A stretch of 64,000 nt of DNA from positions 2,185,061 through 2,249,060 of the forward strand of contig MU058423.1 of the NCBI GenBank assembly GCA_013265495.1, given 5' to 3'. The position numbers were made by a program, and so were the translations under genes. This DNA comes from Vicugna vicugna. Lineage: Eukaryota. This document shows, one piece after another, positions 61,719-64,000 of this stretch (positions within the stretch are counted from its first letter, which is position 1; each line of letters starts with the position of its first letter). The notes under the pieces were generated by a model that saw only the letters and a list, made by a program, of their open reading frames with translations, did not search any database and had not been told where the DNA came from.

Positions 61719-61929
61719 CTGAAACCAACAAGAAAAAAATCAGCATGCCCTTTGGGATGCACCCTCCTTCCTCCAGTGATAAAAAGACCTTGGCTGGAGG
61801 ACTGTGTCTTAGAACATTTAGGCAGAGCTCAAGGGGGTTTGAAGGCCAAGGCCTCTGTTCCTTGGGGCTGGAGGAGCAGCCCTGCCTGAGGCCCTGGCCC
61901 AGCGGGCAGGAGGAAGATGCTGCAGGTAC

Positions 61930-62056
61930 CTGGTAGACGTGGTTCAACTTAAAGTGCTTGAGCAGCAGCAGCAGGACGGCAGAAATGGCCTTAACAATGA
62001 CCTCTTTGTGGCGGTTCACATCCACTCCCAGCTTCATGCTCTGCAACACTGTGGTG
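61930..62056 (-). CDS. STRIP1: STRIP1 internal exon (127 nt)
   Basis: tccag|C+TTVLQSMKLGVDVNRHKEVIVKAISAVLLLLLKHFKLNHVYQ|gtacct. Confidence 0.96.
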
Positions 62057-63348
62057 CTGGAAGCACAAGCCTCCGGGTGAGCCAGCGGCACGTGCAGCAG
62101 CCCTCTCAGGGTGCTCCCAGGAGAGATGGGGCTCCTGAGCCTTCTCTGGGCAAAGCAACCACCTCACCACCCACCCTATGGACATCTCAGAGGTTAAGCC
62201 AGGCTCCTCCCACCCACATCCCAAGCAATCCAGCTCAGCACAATTTATTTCTTCCTTGTGATGCCCCAAACACATTCTGGGCCTACTTCACTGCTTTTCC
62301 TCCAAAAATGAACTTCTCATTTCAAGATCTCCCCTAAGCTTCTGCCACCATATGAACTTGTGTTCCTCAAAGTATATTCTATAGACTCTCAGTGTATTGA
62401 GATGTTTCATATTAAGAGGAAAAAGGGTTTTGGAGTCATATAAATTTAGGAAGCATTGAGTTAAATCAGTTTCTTAATTTAGGAGTTCTTACTATAAATC
62501 TTTCTAAGAGGAGATACAATATTTGACTCTGGAATCCTTTTTCCAAGGACTATCACAATGGCCTGGTGCTCTATGATACTCCCTTTGGTTTTAAGCCAAT
62601 CCCTGCCTCCTCCCTCACTTGGCTATCATCGCCAGACTCCAGGGGCCCAGCCACCAGGGAGCTGGGCTCAGAGCTAGGTGGTATTGCCAGGCTGATAAGA
62701 GATCGGGTCAAGGCCCAGGTCCTTCTCAAAGTAGAACATGATCTTGGTTTGTACTCACATCAAAAAGATGAGGTCAGTGCACCAGGGAGGAAGAACCCCT
62801 AAGGATTTCACTATCACCCTGAGACATTCAGAAATATTACGGATGCCAGTTCACTGGCAAATAGGAAAGAATCTACACCCAGCTCAAGTTTGGCTGATTT
62901 TTGTCCAGAAGCTAAAACCATACATCCTGGATGTGCCTAACACATAGCTTTTGAGGGAACATTTGGGGAAATGTCAAACACACTCCAGTTCATTTTACAG
63001 AGGAGCAAATGCCTTTCCCCAGTTCTCTCAGGGGTTCACTCAGTGGCAGAGCCTACACTGGAATCCAAGCCAGCTAGAGTAAGCCATTTCCCTAAGTAGT
63101 AAAACTAAATATTTAACCCAGTAAATTTTCCTCCTTCTGAGCCAGGAATACCTTAAACTTAACCTGCAGAGAAGTTAAGCCAAAACAATAACAAAAACAA
63201 AACAAAACAAAGAATAGCAACAGCAAAAAAACATCTAGCAAACACTGGGACTGAAAGGAAAACATTTCCCCTTTCCCCTCCACCCTGCCCTGCTCCTTTT
63301 CACAGGAACCACACATACTCTGTACAATACTTGAGACTTGATACTCAC

Positions 63349-63446
63349 GGCATCTCCTCAGGCAGGACATCTGCTAGGATGTTGATTGAGTCTGTTTTGG
63401 CCTTTGAGGTGGGAGCTGCGGCCAGCAGGATCTTCAGCAGCGCGAT
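63349..63446 (-). CDS. STRIP1: STRIP1 internal exon (98 nt)
   Basis: cccag|IALLKILLAAAPTSKAKTDSINILADVLPEEM+CC|gtgagt. Confidence 0.96.
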
Positions 63447-63684
63447 CTGGGGAGGAGCAGACCACCGAGATAGCACGTATGAGCCCAGGGGCTGAAGTAA
63501 GCCCTAAGAGCTGGTCCTTCTGGAGGTGCTCAGGCAGCAGGAGGGGTTTAGGGACACCGGCAGGCACGCTCTCAAGGCCAGTGTAGGGGGGAGGGTGATC
63601 CCATGGCAGGCACCTACTGACAACCCCCCGAAGGGGCCGAGACAGAGCACCCTCAAGGAGGGTACTCAGAGGACGAGCACTCAC

Positions 63685-63759
63685 CATGTACTGCGGCAAG
63701 CTGGGGAGCAAGCCTTGGTAGAGGGTTTCTGCAGGAACTTGCTCGACTTCCTCTTCTCC
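63685..63759 (-). CDS. STRIP1: STRIP1 internal exon (75 nt); gene continues beyond window end
   Basis: gaaag|GEEEVEQVPAETLYQGLLPSLPQYM|gtgagt. Confidence 0.93.
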
Positions 63760-64000
63760 CTTTCAACGCAATGGGCACGGTGGGTACAAGCAACAAAGTC
63801 TGGTCCTGACAACGATCTCATGAGCCAGCTAGCTCGCCAGCTGACTGGAGGACAATGTCTGAGTATGGATGCCAGTGATGATGTTGGTAATGATGGCAAA
63901 CGACTAAGACAACATGCCTGGCACTTTACTTGTAAAAACTCATTTAATCCTTACTACAATTCTACGAAGGTTCCACAGTCATTCCCATTGAGCAGGCAAG

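Noticed and set aside
1..64000. CRISPR arrays, operons, rRNA or other prokaryotic/viral systems
   Set aside because: The sequence is intron-containing mammalian DNA. No regularly spaced repeat-spacer array or rRNA-like sequence was seen.

Overview
Eutherian genomic DNA, most likely a camelid (inferred from a tRNA-Ala-type SINE and the style of the L1 3' ends), matching the conserved UBL4B-ALX3-STRIP1 block. Three protein genes were read directly from the sequence. (1) The 5' end of intronless UBL4B (minus strand, ATG at 129) runs off the window start and is absent from the ORF track. (2) A complete 4-exon ALX3 homeobox gene (plus strand, CDS 42654-51995, 343 aa) has all junctions GT-AG and in frame. 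(3) The last eight coding exons and 3' UTR of STRIP1/FAM40A lie on the minus strand (63759 to 57795). The ~42 kb between UBL4B and ALX3 appears non-coding, with L1/L2/MIR/LTR/DNA-transposon remnants, an orphan CpG island and several enhancer-like motif clusters. I found no new protein-coding system. The most notable unexplained items are a ~2.5 kb ORF1-only (half-L1-like) chimeric retroelement, a diverged duplicate of a STRIP1 3' UTR module in which both copies keep a Pumilio element, a near-perfect ~240 bp tandem duplication, and a 17 bp duplication that doubles a perfect ERR/NR5A site. Repeat boundaries and family names are approximate and were assigned by eye.
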